NCBI GenBank assembly: GCA_964478005.1 | Contig: CAYZGJ010000001.1 | Location: 1 to 44,617, forward strand | Source: an uncultured Candidatus Peribacteria bacterium | GTDB taxonomy: Bacteria > Patescibacteriota > Gracilibacteria > Peribacterales > Peribacteraceae | Direction: 5' to 3' | DNA length: 44,617 nucleotides | In this document: positions 7,253 through 14,586 of the stretch, piece by piece | Position numbering within the stretch: the first letter of the stretch is position 1 | Layout of the letters: every line of letters begins with the position of its first letter | Notes under the pieces: model-generated | The model's input: the letters and a program-made list of their open reading frames with translations, nothing else | Databases searched by the model: none | What the model was told of the DNA's origin: nothing | Program-made: the position numbers and the translations under genes

Positions 7253-8137
7253 TTAGCTTCCTTCGAAATAGTCCTTAGCTTCTTTCAGGGCAATCGCCAG
7301 CTTCGTGATATCCCACGGAATCACCCGTCCCGGCACGTACAGGCTCTGCGCGATGGCGTCCGCCGGGAGCGACAGGTGCGTCTCCATCCACGCCAGCTTC
7401 GCGGCGAGAGCGGCATTCTCCGCCGCCCGCTGCGCCAGCATTTCCCGGTGCAGGACGTAGGCGGCGAAGGTTTCGGCAAAGTCCTCGAAGGCATCCGCTT
7501 TGGCGTAGCCCGAGATGAAGTCCTCCGTCCGGGCCTCTCTGCGCAGGACCCGTTCCGTCTCCCAGGAGATGGCGAAGAATGCGGCTGCGGGACTGTCGGC
7601 GTAGAACCGGTCGTGCCCGTCCCGGAAGACGCTGTCGCCGGCGGAGGGGGTGCCCGGCAGGTTTCCGTGCGTCACGTGGGCGCACTCGTGGACGAGCAGG
7701 CTGACGAATTCTTCCTCCGGCACCGTGCCGTCGAGGATGATGGTCGTCTTGCCTCCCAGCCCGCGGCGCGAGGCGTCGCCGTAGCGAACGTAGAAGGTGC
7801 GCAGGTGCGTGCGGCAGGCGGGGGGCAGCGCGAGGAGCGTCCGCAGCGTGAGGGCGCGGTGGCGGGAGGTCATCTCGCTGCGGTCGAGCACGGGCAGCAC
7901 GGAGGCGGGGAGCGTCTCGGCCGCCAGCACCTGAAAGGGGACTCCGATGCGTCGCGCGCGGCGTTCCTCCTGGCCAGCGAGCAGTCTGGTTGCGGGTGCG
8001 GTGGCTGCTTCCTGCAGGGAAACCGTGACCGTTTCGCTTGCCGACGGTGCAAACCATGGTACACTTGCGCCCAGAATCAGCAGTGCGGTGACGGCACTGG
8101 CGGCCGGAACGACGAGGAGATGCAGACGTCTGTTCAT
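7253..8137 (-). CDS. secreted putative zinc metallopeptidase (HExxH)
   Basis: Signal-like N-terminus MNRRLHLLVVPAASAVTALLILGA. Motif LLVHECAHVTHG. C-terminal DAFEDFAETFAAYV. Confidence 0.6.
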   Translation of the reverse strand: MNRRLHLLVVPAASAVTALLILGASVPWFAPSASETVTVSLQEAATAPATRLLAGQEERRARRIGVPFQVLAAETLPASVLPVLDRSEMTSRHRALTLRTLLALPPACRTHLRTFYVRYGDASRRGLGGKTTIILDGTVPEEEFVSLLVHECAHVTHGNLPGTPSAGDSVFRDGHDRFYADSPAAAFFAISWETERVLRREARTEDFISGYAKADAFEDFAETFAAYVLHREMLAQRAAENAALAAKLAWMETHLSLPADAIAQSLYVPGRVIPWDITKLAIALKEAKDYFEGS

Positions 8138-8183
8138 GGGCGGAAGAGCAGAAAGTAGCAATTTTTAACATCTTTCGATTCGC

Positions 8184-9638
8184 ATGTCAACATCCGTCGC
8201 GAGCGCGGTCCACAACGGGCAGCAGCTCGCCCTCACCATCGAGAAACTGACCCATGGCGGGGCCGGACTGGCTTTCGTAGACGGCCTGCCTGTCTTCGTT
8301 CCCGGAGCCACCCCCGGCCAGCAGGTCGAGGTCGTGATCACCAAGCAGCGCGGCAGCTACGCCGAAGCGAAACTGCAGCGCGTGGTGCGCCGGGCGATCG
8401 ACGATGTCCCGCCCCGCTGCCAGCACGTGCACGACTGCGGCGGCTGCAGCTGGCAGCACCTGCCGTACGACAAGCAGCTCACGCACAAAGAGGACATCGT
8501 CCGCGAGACCCTGGGGCATCTCACGCCCGTGGACGAGGATCTGCGCCGCCAGCTGCCGGGCCGCGTGCTCAAGATCATCCCCAGCCCCCAGGTCTTCCAC
8601 TACCGCAATAAATTGGAGCTCTCCTTCGGGTACGCCACCATGCGGACGGAGGAGCGCGCCGGCAAGCGCATCTATCTGGATCAGGATCCGTCCATCGGCT
8701 TCCATCGCCCCAGCGACTGGGCCACGGTGCTGCCGATCAGCGAGTGTCATCTGTACGACGAGCAGAGCGCTTCGCTGATTGCCGATGTGAAGCGCTTCCT
8801 GCAGGAGACGCGCCTGCCCGTCTACAATCCCAAGACGCACAAGGGGTTCCTGCGCACGCTGCTGCTGCGCCGCGGCGTGCACACGGGGGAACACATGCTC
8901 TGCTTTCTCGTCAATGCGCGGAAGAAGGAACTCGAGCCGCTCTTCCAGCACTTCATGCGCTTCGCCGGGCGGCCGGGACTCAAGAGCCTGCTCGTCGTCG
9001 AGCACACGGGCATGAGCGACAAGCCCGAGCAGCCGCAGGTCCATGCGCTCCTGGGCAAGCAGACCATCACCGAGCGCCTCTTCGACCTCACGTTCGAGAT
9101 CTCGCCGTTCTCCTTCTTCCAGACCAACACCCTGGGCGCCGAAAAGCTCTACCAGGCCATCGCGCGCGGCGCGGACCTGCAGCGCACCGACACCGTCCTG
9201 GACGCCTACTGCGGGATGGGGACCATCGGGCAGTACCTGGCGCGCTCGTGCGAGAAGGTGGTGGGCATCGAGAGCCACCCCGCCGCCATCCAGGACGCCC
9301 TGACCTCCAGCGGCCGCAACCGCATCGCCAACATCAGCTTCTACAAGGGCCGCGCCGAGCAGGTCCTGCGCGACCAGCTGCAGCCGGGCGGCAAGTACCA
9401 CTTCGACGTCATTGTGGTCGATCCGCCCCGCGCGGGCCTCCACCCCAAGGCGCTCGATGCCCTGATCGCCCACGCCCCGCGCACGCTGGTCTACGTTTCG
9501 TGCAACACGGCGACCCTCGCGCGCGACATGGGCGGCCTCCTGAAAGCCGGCTACGAACTGCGCACCGTCCAGCCCGTCGACATGTTCCCCCACACGCCGC
9601 ACATCGAGACGGTCAGCGTGCTGGAGAGGAAGGGGTAG
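8184..9638 (+). CDS. rlmD: 23S rRNA (uracil-C5)-methyltransferase RlmD/RumA family (TRAM plus Fe-S plus SAM MTase)
   Basis: TRAM-like N-terminus (LTHGGAGLAFVDGLPVFVPGATPGQ). Cys cluster CQHVHDCGGCSWQH. MTase motifs LDAYCGMGTIG, VIVVDPPRAGL, YVSCNTATLARD. Confidence 0.9.
   Translation: MSTSVASAVHNGQQLALTIEKLTHGGAGLAFVDGLPVFVPGATPGQQVEVVITKQRGSYAEAKLQRVVRRAIDDVPPRCQHVHDCGGCSWQHLPYDKQLTHKEDIVRETLGHLTPVDEDLRRQLPGRVLKIIPSPQVFHYRNKLELSFGYATMRTEERAGKRIYLDQDPSIGFHRPSDWATVLPISECHLYDEQSASLIADVKRFLQETRLPVYNPKTHKGFLRTLLLRRGVHTGEHMLCFLVNARKKELEPLFQHFMRFAGRPGLKSLLVVEHTGMSDKPEQPQVHALLGKQTITERLFDLTFEISPFSFFQTNTLGAEKLYQAIARGADLQRTDTVLDAYCGMGTIGQYLARSCEKVVGIESHPAAIQDALTSSGRNRIANISFYKGRAEQVLRDQLQPGGKYHFDVIVVDPPRAGLHPKALDALIAHAPRTLVYVSCNTATLARDMGGLLKAGYELRTVQPVDMFPHTPHIETVSVLERKG
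9575..9627. repeat. direct repeat copy A: last 53 bp region of rlmD
   Basis: CGTCGACATGTTCCCCCACACGCCGCACATCGAGACGGTCAGCGTGCTGGAGA recurs at 10385-10437 with one mismatch. Confidence 0.95.
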
Positions 9639-9643
9639 GCAGA

Positions 9644-10267
9644 TTATTGTGCGCGATAATCTTTCGGATCAATGCATGCATCGAACGTCGTACGGTCTAT
9701 CCGAATCCACTCGGTACCATTGATGCCGCGTGCATGTTTGACGGTTGGACTATAGGGAAATGCGGATGCAATTTTGATCCATCTGTGTTGCTCGCGTGCG
9801 ATGATGCGTATCTCATCCGCCACCTCCGATAAGTCCTGGTCCTGACTGAGGACGAGCGCGACATCGAATTGTCTTTTGTGTGCAAGGTTGATGACATCCA
9901 CAGCGATGCGGACGTCGATGCCCTTTTCCTCGCCGACCAAAAAACTGTGGGTGGTTCCATCGGGGAGAGTGACAATTTTGTTGCGATAGCGCAACGGGCG
10001 CGAATACACTCGTACGCCCGACCGCATCATTGCCAGTTTCTTTGCCGCCCAGAACTGATGCCATGTTTCATTGTCTGCGCTATCCGGTACTCCCGTATAG
10101 AAGCGTACTTCCGCACATTCCCAGTGATGTTGCGTACAGAGCGTTTGAGCCAATCGCAGCGGATCACTATTGGGGTAGGTATAACCAAAGGCTTTCAGTG
10201 CAGCATGAAACAAATTCTGACCATCGATGAAGACCATTGCCCGTTTGGTGGGTGGCTCAGGAGGCAC
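9644..10267 (-). CDS. NYN (LabA/PIN-like) domain protein
   Basis: KRAMVFIDGQNLFHAALKAFG...EEKGIDVRIAVDVINLA...DVALVLSQDQDLSEVADE. AT-richer than the flanks. GTG start 10267 chosen because TATTTT lies 6 nt upstream; alternatives are ATG 10237 and ATG 10393. Confidence 0.75.
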   Translation of the reverse strand: MPPEPPTKRAMVFIDGQNLFHAALKAFGYTYPNSDPLRLAQTLCTQHHWECAEVRFYTGVPDSADNETWHQFWAAKKLAMMRSGVRVYSRPLRYRNKIVTLPDGTTHSFLVGEEKGIDVRIAVDVINLAHKRQFDVALVLSQDQDLSEVADEIRIIAREQHRWIKIASAFPYSPTVKHARGINGTEWIRIDRTTFDACIDPKDYRAQ

Positions 10268-10384
10268 GCGCAAAAAATAACCCCGCCCGGGCTTTGCAGC
10301 AAGTCGGTCGGGGAGGAAGTACGTACAGTATAAGGCATTGTTGATATAAATCAATCCATTCACTCCTTTTTCCCAGTAGCAAAT

Positions 10385-10437
10385 CGTCGACATGTTCCCC
10401 CACACCCCGCACATCGAGACGGTCAGCGTGCTGGAGA
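10385..10437. repeat. direct repeat copy B: vestigial rlmD 3' end
   Basis: 52/53 identical to 9575-9627. Would encode VDMFPHTPHIETVSVLEMK* against VDMFPHTPHIETVSVLERKG* in the intact gene. Confidence 0.95.
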
Positions 10438-10452
10438 TGAAGTGACGGAGGG

Positions 10453-10488
10453 GAGAAAAGGCAGGAAGGGCAGAAAAGGCAGGAAGGT
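10453..10488. repeat. 18-bp tandem repeat x2 (AGAAAAGGCAGGAAGG core)
   Basis: gagaaaaggcaggaaggg / cagaaaaggcaggaaggt immediately after repeat copy B. Confidence 0.8.
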
Positions 10489-10504
10489 TGTGCGGTGACA
10501 CCCG

Positions 10505-10663
10505 TTACACCTTCTGCATCTCCTCGCGTTTGCGGGTTGCCTCTTTTTCCAGCTGCTCGGCTTCCCGCTGCAGACGCTCCGCTTTGCGTGCGGCTTCCTT
10601 GCGCGCAGCAGCTTCTCTTTCCAATTGTTTCGCCTGTTCTTTCAGCATGTCTGCATCGGCCAT
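10505..10663 (-). CDS. small charged coiled-coil protein (52 aa), hypothetical
   Basis: MADADMLKEQAKQLEREAAARKEAARKAERLQREAEQLEKEATRKREEMQKV. This is the only part of the long antisense ORF 10505-11239 that does not overlap rlmH. Confidence 0.35.
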   Translation of the reverse strand: MADADMLKEQAKQLEREAAARKEAARKAERLQREAEQLEKEATRKREEMQKV

Positions 10664-10741
10664 GGGAAAAGGGGGAAAGTGTCCGTCAGTGTAGACGGAT
10701 GAAGGGCGGGGGAGTGACGGAATGCGTGGTAGAGTGTTCGC

Positions 10742-11206
10742 ATGCAGAAGATCACCCTCCTCACGATCGGCGCGCTGAAGGAGTCCTGGGCGAAGGAGGC
10801 GGCGCGTCTGTATCGCGAGCGCATCGTGCATGCCGCGGATCTGCGGGTGCTGGAATTGCAGCCCAGCCGCCAGCCGCATGCGGCGGGGCAGCAGGCGGAG
10901 GAATCGGAGCGATTGCTCCTTTCCGCACGCAAACAGCCGGGACTTCTGATCGTCCTCGACGAACGGGGCGAGGACATTACATCGCAGGAACTTGCAGAGC
11001 TGCTGGGAACAGCCCGGGACCGGGGCGAATCGTTGCAATTCATTCTGGGCGGGTCCTATGGCCTCACCGATACCGTCCGTTCCTCGGCGCACACGGTCCT
11101 GCGCCTCAGCTCCCTGACGCTGCCGCATGAGCTCTGCAGAGTGCTCTTTCTCGAACAGCTCTACCGGGGCTTCGAAATGCTCAAAGGGAGCGGGTATCAC
11201 CATTGA
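10742..11206 (+). CDS. rlmH: 23S rRNA (pseudouridine1915-N3)-methyltransferase RlmH (SPOUT)
   Basis: 154 aa. LDERGEDITSQELAELL, FILGGSYGL, LSSLTLPHELCRVLFLEQLYRGF...GSGYHH are typical of RlmH. TGGTAGAGT lies 6 nt upstream of the ATG. Confidence 0.9.
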   Translation: MQKITLLTIGALKESWAKEAARLYRERIVHAADLRVLELQPSRQPHAAGQQAEESERLLLSARKQPGLLIVLDERGEDITSQELAELLGTARDRGESLQFILGGSYGLTDTVRSSAHTVLRLSSLTLPHELCRVLFLEQLYRGFEMLKGSGYHH

Positions 11207-11230
11207 ATGCCGCATTCGGTATTTTTTGAG

Positions 11231-11259
11231 TTGTCGCATCGCGCTCGCTTTCCTATACT
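11231..11259 (+). promoter_or_regulatory. sigma70-like promoter for tRNA-Glu
   Basis: TTGTCG (11231-11236), 17-nt spacer, TATACT (11254-11259), about 40 nt upstream of the tRNA. Confidence 0.5.
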
Positions 11260-11299
11260 CTGTGCCCGTCGCCTCCGGCGATCGTTCTTTTCTCTCTGT

Positions 11300-11374
11300 G
11301 GCGCCATCGTCTAGCGGTTAGGACGCCAGGTTCTCATCCTGGTAACCGGGGTTCGATTCCCCGTGGCGCTGCCA
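11300..11374 (+). tRNA. tRNA-Glu (anticodon CUC), CCA encoded
   Basis: Manual cloverleaf: acceptor GGCGCCA/TGGCGCT, D arm GTCT-AGCGGTTA-GGAC, anticodon arm CCAGG-TTCTCAT-CCTGG, variable TAAC, T arm CGGGG-TTCGATT-CCCCG, discriminator G, CCA. Confidence 0.92.
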
Positions 11375-11380
11375 TTTCTG

Positions 11381-11429
11381 TCTCTACCGCGCCCACGAAA
11401 TCCTGAAGGGGAGCGGGTATCATCACTGA
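11381..11429 (+). pseudogene. diverged duplicate of the rlmH 3' end
   Basis: ctctaccgcgcccacgaaatcctgaaggggagcgggtatcatcactga aligns with rlmH 11159-11206 (39/48). It would encode LYRAHEILKGSGYHH* against LYRGFEMLKGSGYHH*. Confidence 0.8.
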
Positions 11430-11469
11430 TTCCTCGCGCACCTCTGTCGATTGGTGTACAGTGTTCCTC

Positions 11470-11634
11470 ATGCAAAAAATTCACGTCGAGCAGCACTCGT
11501 TCACGGGCGGCATGTGGTTCGCCCTGTGGCTCTTCACCATCGGGTTCCTGCAGCTTGGCTTCTGGAAGGGCGTGCTGGCGCTCCTCCTGTGGCCGTACTT
11601 TTTGGGCGCGGCGCTGAGCGGACTGCTGTCATAG
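11470..11634 (+). CDS. small two-TM membrane protein (54 aa), below the ORF-track cutoff
   Basis: MQKIHVEQHSFTGGMWFALWLFTIGFLQLGFWKGVLALLLWPYFLGAALSGLLS. TACAGT lies 7 nt upstream of the ATG. Its 3' end is duplicated at 13962-13994. Confidence 0.6.
   Translation: MQKIHVEQHSFTGGMWFALWLFTIGFLQLGFWKGVLALLLWPYFLGAALSGLLS
11590..11622. repeat. direct repeat copy A (33 bp, 3' end of small membrane gene)
   Basis: TGGCCGTACTTTTTGGGCGCGGCGCTGAGCGGA is identical to 13962-13994. Confidence 0.95.
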
Positions 11635-11802
11635 GGCGTCGTTTTTCCGTATGCTCTCCAGTATCTCCAGCATCCGCTGCCAGGCTGCGGAGCGAGCGGA
11701 GGCGTTTTCGTGCGAAGCGTCTGGTTCTTCCTCCAGCCGCATGAAAGCGTGGCCGGCTCCCTCGTAGATGACGGGTGCAAACGCGATGTGCGTCAGCGAA
11801 AA
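11629..11802 (-). pseudogene. C-terminal remnant of a dienelactone hydrolase-family gene
   Basis: Minus-strand frame reads FSLTHIAFAPVIYEGAGHAFMRLEEEPDASHENASARSAAWQRMLEILESIRKNDAL*. It is preceded by an in-frame TGA, has no start, and lacks the N-terminal three quarters of the fold. Confidence 0.45.
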
Positions 11803-11825
11803 TCATTCCGCATTCGTGTATGCAT

Positions 11826-12053
11826 TCACAATCTACAAGGCAAATCCAACCCAAGATTACATCCGATTACAAAAACGAATAAAAGAATCATGCCACCGGA
11901 AAGCATCACAATGGTGACCATAATAGCTGTAAATACAATCATCTCCGGCCACTTTCGTCGCTTCCAATACAGAAACACATTCCTTCCCAATATGAACATG
12001 AGCGTACCCCAGAGCAGTACGATACTACCAAGAATGAGGTTATCTTCATTCAT
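11826..12053 (-). CDS. small membrane protein, hypothetical (75 aa)
   Basis: Two to three hydrophobic helices in an AT-rich patch. No recognisable family. Confidence 0.4.
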   Translation of the reverse strand: MNEDNLILGSIVLLWGTLMFILGRNVFLYWKRRKWPEMIVFTAIMVTIVMLSGGMILLFVFVIGCNLGLDLPCRL

Positions 12054-12128
12054 GTAAGAATGCTATCACACATTGCCATCGGGAGAGTCTCTTGAGATTT
12101 TAATGAACAAGAGGACTACACTGTGCCA

Positions 12129-13952
12129 ATGAAGCTGTCTGCTCTCCGCAGGATGCCGGATTTCCGCCGGGCGCGCGATGCCGTGTCCGTCTCCCGGCGG
12201 TTGCTCGGGATGATCTGGGATATGGACCCGAAACTGTTCATTGGATCATTGATTGTGATCCTCATTCCGGCTGTCATTCCCTTCATCAATGCGTACATCT
12301 ACAAACTTCTCATTGATGCGGTAATCCTGAACATTGCCGGTGCGGCGCTGGAGGTCCGGCACCTCGTCATTCTCCTTATCATCCGCGTTGCCACGTACTT
12401 TTTGCAGGATGCTTCCTTCAGCGCGCAGACCTACATGGAGAGATTGCTATGGACCAAGTTTCCCATCTATTTGCATCAGCGCTTGTACACGGACCTGTCG
12501 CAACTGGATATGGAGACATTGGAGAATCCGCAATTCCGCAATACGCTGGAGCAGGTGAAGGAATCGGTGTACCGTCCTCAGAATCTCATTACCAACTTGC
12601 TCTACGGCTGTCAGAGTCTCGTGCAACTCTTCATCGCATTCGGTGCTCTTCTCGCACTGAACTGGGTGTTCATTCTGTTGGTACTCTTCGTCGCCATCCC
12701 CGAATTCGTCTATCGCCTTTACGAAGACAAAGCCGGATGGACCATCTGGGCTTGGCACAGTCCGCGCAAGAAGCGATTTTCCTATGTGTCGCACTTGTTG
12801 CAGGATGCGCAGAGCGTCAAGGAAATGCGCATTTTTCGGTTGGCACCGCTCTTTGTACGGGAGGCGACGGAGGCACAGGAAGCGTTTTATCGCGAGAACA
12901 AGGCGCTCGCGGGACGGGCACTTCTGTTTCAGATTCTGTTCAATGTTCTCTCCACCCTTCTGATCGTCGGTATCGAAACATATGTCATCCTGCTTGCGTT
13001 TCTGCGTCGGGTGACGATCGGTGACATCAGTTTTTACACGTCCGTGGTGGCCAACTTTCAAAACGGTCTCGGGGGATTGCTGCGCAATATGAACGGCATT
13101 TTTGAATCGAGTTTGTATGTTCGGAGTATCTTCGATGTCATGGATGCCCCGAGGCACATTGTTTCTCCACCCGATGCTCCGGCCAGGACGATGCATCGGC
13201 CGCCGTCCATCGTGTTCGATCACGTGACATTTCGTTATCCGGGTGCGGACCGGGATGTTCTGCATGATTTTTGCGTTGGTATCGCTCCGGGCGAGAAGGT
13301 GGCTTTTGTGGGAGAGAACGGCGCGGGAAAAACGACGATCATCAAGCTGTTGGCGCGCTTCCATGATCCCACGTCCGGACGCATTCTCGTCGATGACAAG
13401 GATTTGCGGGAGCTTCACTTGGAGAGCTGGCATCAGCAGTTGGCCGTTCTGTTTCAGGATTTCAACCGCTACGAAGATACGGCGAAGCATAATATATATT
13501 TTGGGAATGTGCTTAAAGCGATGGATGCACGGGAAATCGAAAGGGCCGCAGAGGATGCAGGAGCCACAGTCGTCATTGATACCTTGAAGAAAGGATATGA
13601 TCAGATGCTCGGACGCGTGTTCGAATCGGGGGAGGAGTTATCGGTGGGTCAGTGGCAAAAGATTGCGCTGGCGCGGGCATATTTTCGGAATGCGCCGGTG
13701 CTGGTGCTGGATGAGCCCACGGCGGCCATCGATGCCAAAGCGGAAGCGGAGATTTTCGCGCGGGTGGAGGAGCTGAGTCAGGATAAGACCGTCCTCCTCA
13801 TTTCCCATCGGTTCTCGACCGTCCGCATGGCCGATCGCATCATCGTGGTGCAGGACGGTGCGGTGCTCGAGCAGGGCAGCCACGATGCATTGATGAAACG
13901 AAAAGGTCTGTATGCGGAACTCTTCACTCTGCAGGCGAAAGGATATCGTTGA
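12129..13952 (+). CDS. ABC exporter, fused permease/ATPase (MsbA/multidrug-like)
   Basis: Six N-terminal TM helices. Walker A GENGAGKTT, signature LSVGQWQK, Walker B VLVLDEPT, H-loop LISHR. TACACT (12117-12122) lies 6 nt upstream of ATG 12129; the ORF track starts at GTG 12123. Confidence 0.9.
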   Translation: MKLSALRRMPDFRRARDAVSVSRRLLGMIWDMDPKLFIGSLIVILIPAVIPFINAYIYKLLIDAVILNIAGAALEVRHLVILLIIRVATYFLQDASFSAQTYMERLLWTKFPIYLHQRLYTDLSQLDMETLENPQFRNTLEQVKESVYRPQNLITNLLYGCQSLVQLFIAFGALLALNWVFILLVLFVAIPEFVYRLYEDKAGWTIWAWHSPRKKRFSYVSHLLQDAQSVKEMRIFRLAPLFVREATEAQEAFYRENKALAGRALLFQILFNVLSTLLIVGIETYVILLAFLRRVTIGDISFYTSVVANFQNGLGGLLRNMNGIFESSLYVRSIFDVMDAPRHIVSPPDAPARTMHRPPSIVFDHVTFRYPGADRDVLHDFCVGIAPGEKVAFVGENGAGKTTIIKLLARFHDPTSGRILVDDKDLRELHLESWHQQLAVLFQDFNRYEDTAKHNIYFGNVLKAMDAREIERAAEDAGATVVIDTLKKGYDQMLGRVFESGEELSVGQWQKIALARAYFRNAPVLVLDEPTAAIDAKAEAEIFARVEELSQDKTVLLISHRFSTVRMADRIIVVQDGAVLEQGSHDALMKRKGLYAELFTLQAKGYR

Positions 13953-13961
13953 TTCATCAGT

Positions 13962-13994
13962 TGGCCGTACTTTTTGGGCGCGGCGCTGAGCGGA
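13962..13994. repeat. direct repeat copy B (33 bp)
   Basis: Identical to 11590-11622. Would encode WPYFLGAALSGWL*. Confidence 0.95.
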
Positions 13995-14031
13995 TGGCTC
14001 TGATCGCCGCGCCCGTTGGGATGCCATGGGC

Positions 14032-14232
14032 TTACGGATTGCCGCCGTTGCCCGGTCCGGGGAGGTTCACGTCGATGTCGTCGGGCACAGCGGGAGGAAG
14101 CAGGATGTTATCCGTGCCTGCGGGTTCCGCCCACAGGAGCCTGATGGCGTAGAAGGCGACGGCGAGGATGGCCACGATGGCGATGATCGCGAGGATGACG
14201 CTGCCCATGTTGTTGCTGTCATTGTCCGCCAT
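14032..14232 (-). CDS. small single-TM protein, hypothetical (66 aa)
   Basis: MADNDSNNMGSVILAIIAIVAILAVAFYAIRLLW followed by a Pro-rich tail. Confidence 0.45.
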   Translation of the reverse strand: MADNDSNNMGSVILAIIAIVAILAVAFYAIRLLWAEPAGTDNILLPPAVPDDIDVNLPGPGNGGNP

Positions 14233-14272
14233 AGGAGAAGATGGGGAAAGGGACAGAAGGTGCGCGACGCGA

Positions 14273-14518
14273 TCAGGCGGGGCGCTTGAAGAGGCTGGCC
14301 AGCCCCAAGAAGACGACCGCGCCCACGACGGCCATGGCGAGCGTGCCGAGCACGTTGGTGTCGGCGATGCCCAGCATCCGGAAGAGGAGTCCCCCGACGA
14401 GGGCGCCGATGACGCCGACGACGAGGTCGCCGACCAGGCCGAAGCCGCGGCCCTTCATGATGAGGCCGGCAATCCAGCCGGCGACGATGCCGATGACGAT
14501 GAATCCGAGGAGTTCCAT
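14273..14518 (-). CDS. GlsB/YeaQ/YmgE family stress-response membrane protein
   Basis: 81 aa. IVIGIVAGWIAGLIMKGRGFGLVGDLVVGVIGALVGGLLF is typical of the transglycosylase-associated protein family. Confidence 0.8.
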   Translation of the reverse strand: MELLGFIVIGIVAGWIAGLIMKGRGFGLVGDLVVGVIGALVGGLLFRMLGIADTNVLGTLAMAVVGAVVFLGLASLFKRPA

Positions 14519-14551
14519 AGTACCCGTGATGACGAAGCGGAGCGGCGGTTC

Positions 14552-14579
14552 TTACATCAATCCGGTTGCGTGGTATACT
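14552..14579 (+). promoter_or_regulatory. promoter with extended -10 (TGGTATACT) for the AI-2E transporter gene
   Basis: TTACAT, 16-nt spacer, TATACT (14574-14579). The ATG is only 7 nt downstream. Confidence 0.45.
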
Positions 14580-14586
14580 GCAGAGC

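Noticed and set aside
10505-11239. 244-aa ORF antisense to rlmH.
   Set aside because: rlmH on the plus strand has unmistakable SPOUT/RlmH motifs. Only the last 52 codons, outside rlmH, are kept as a low-confidence small gene.
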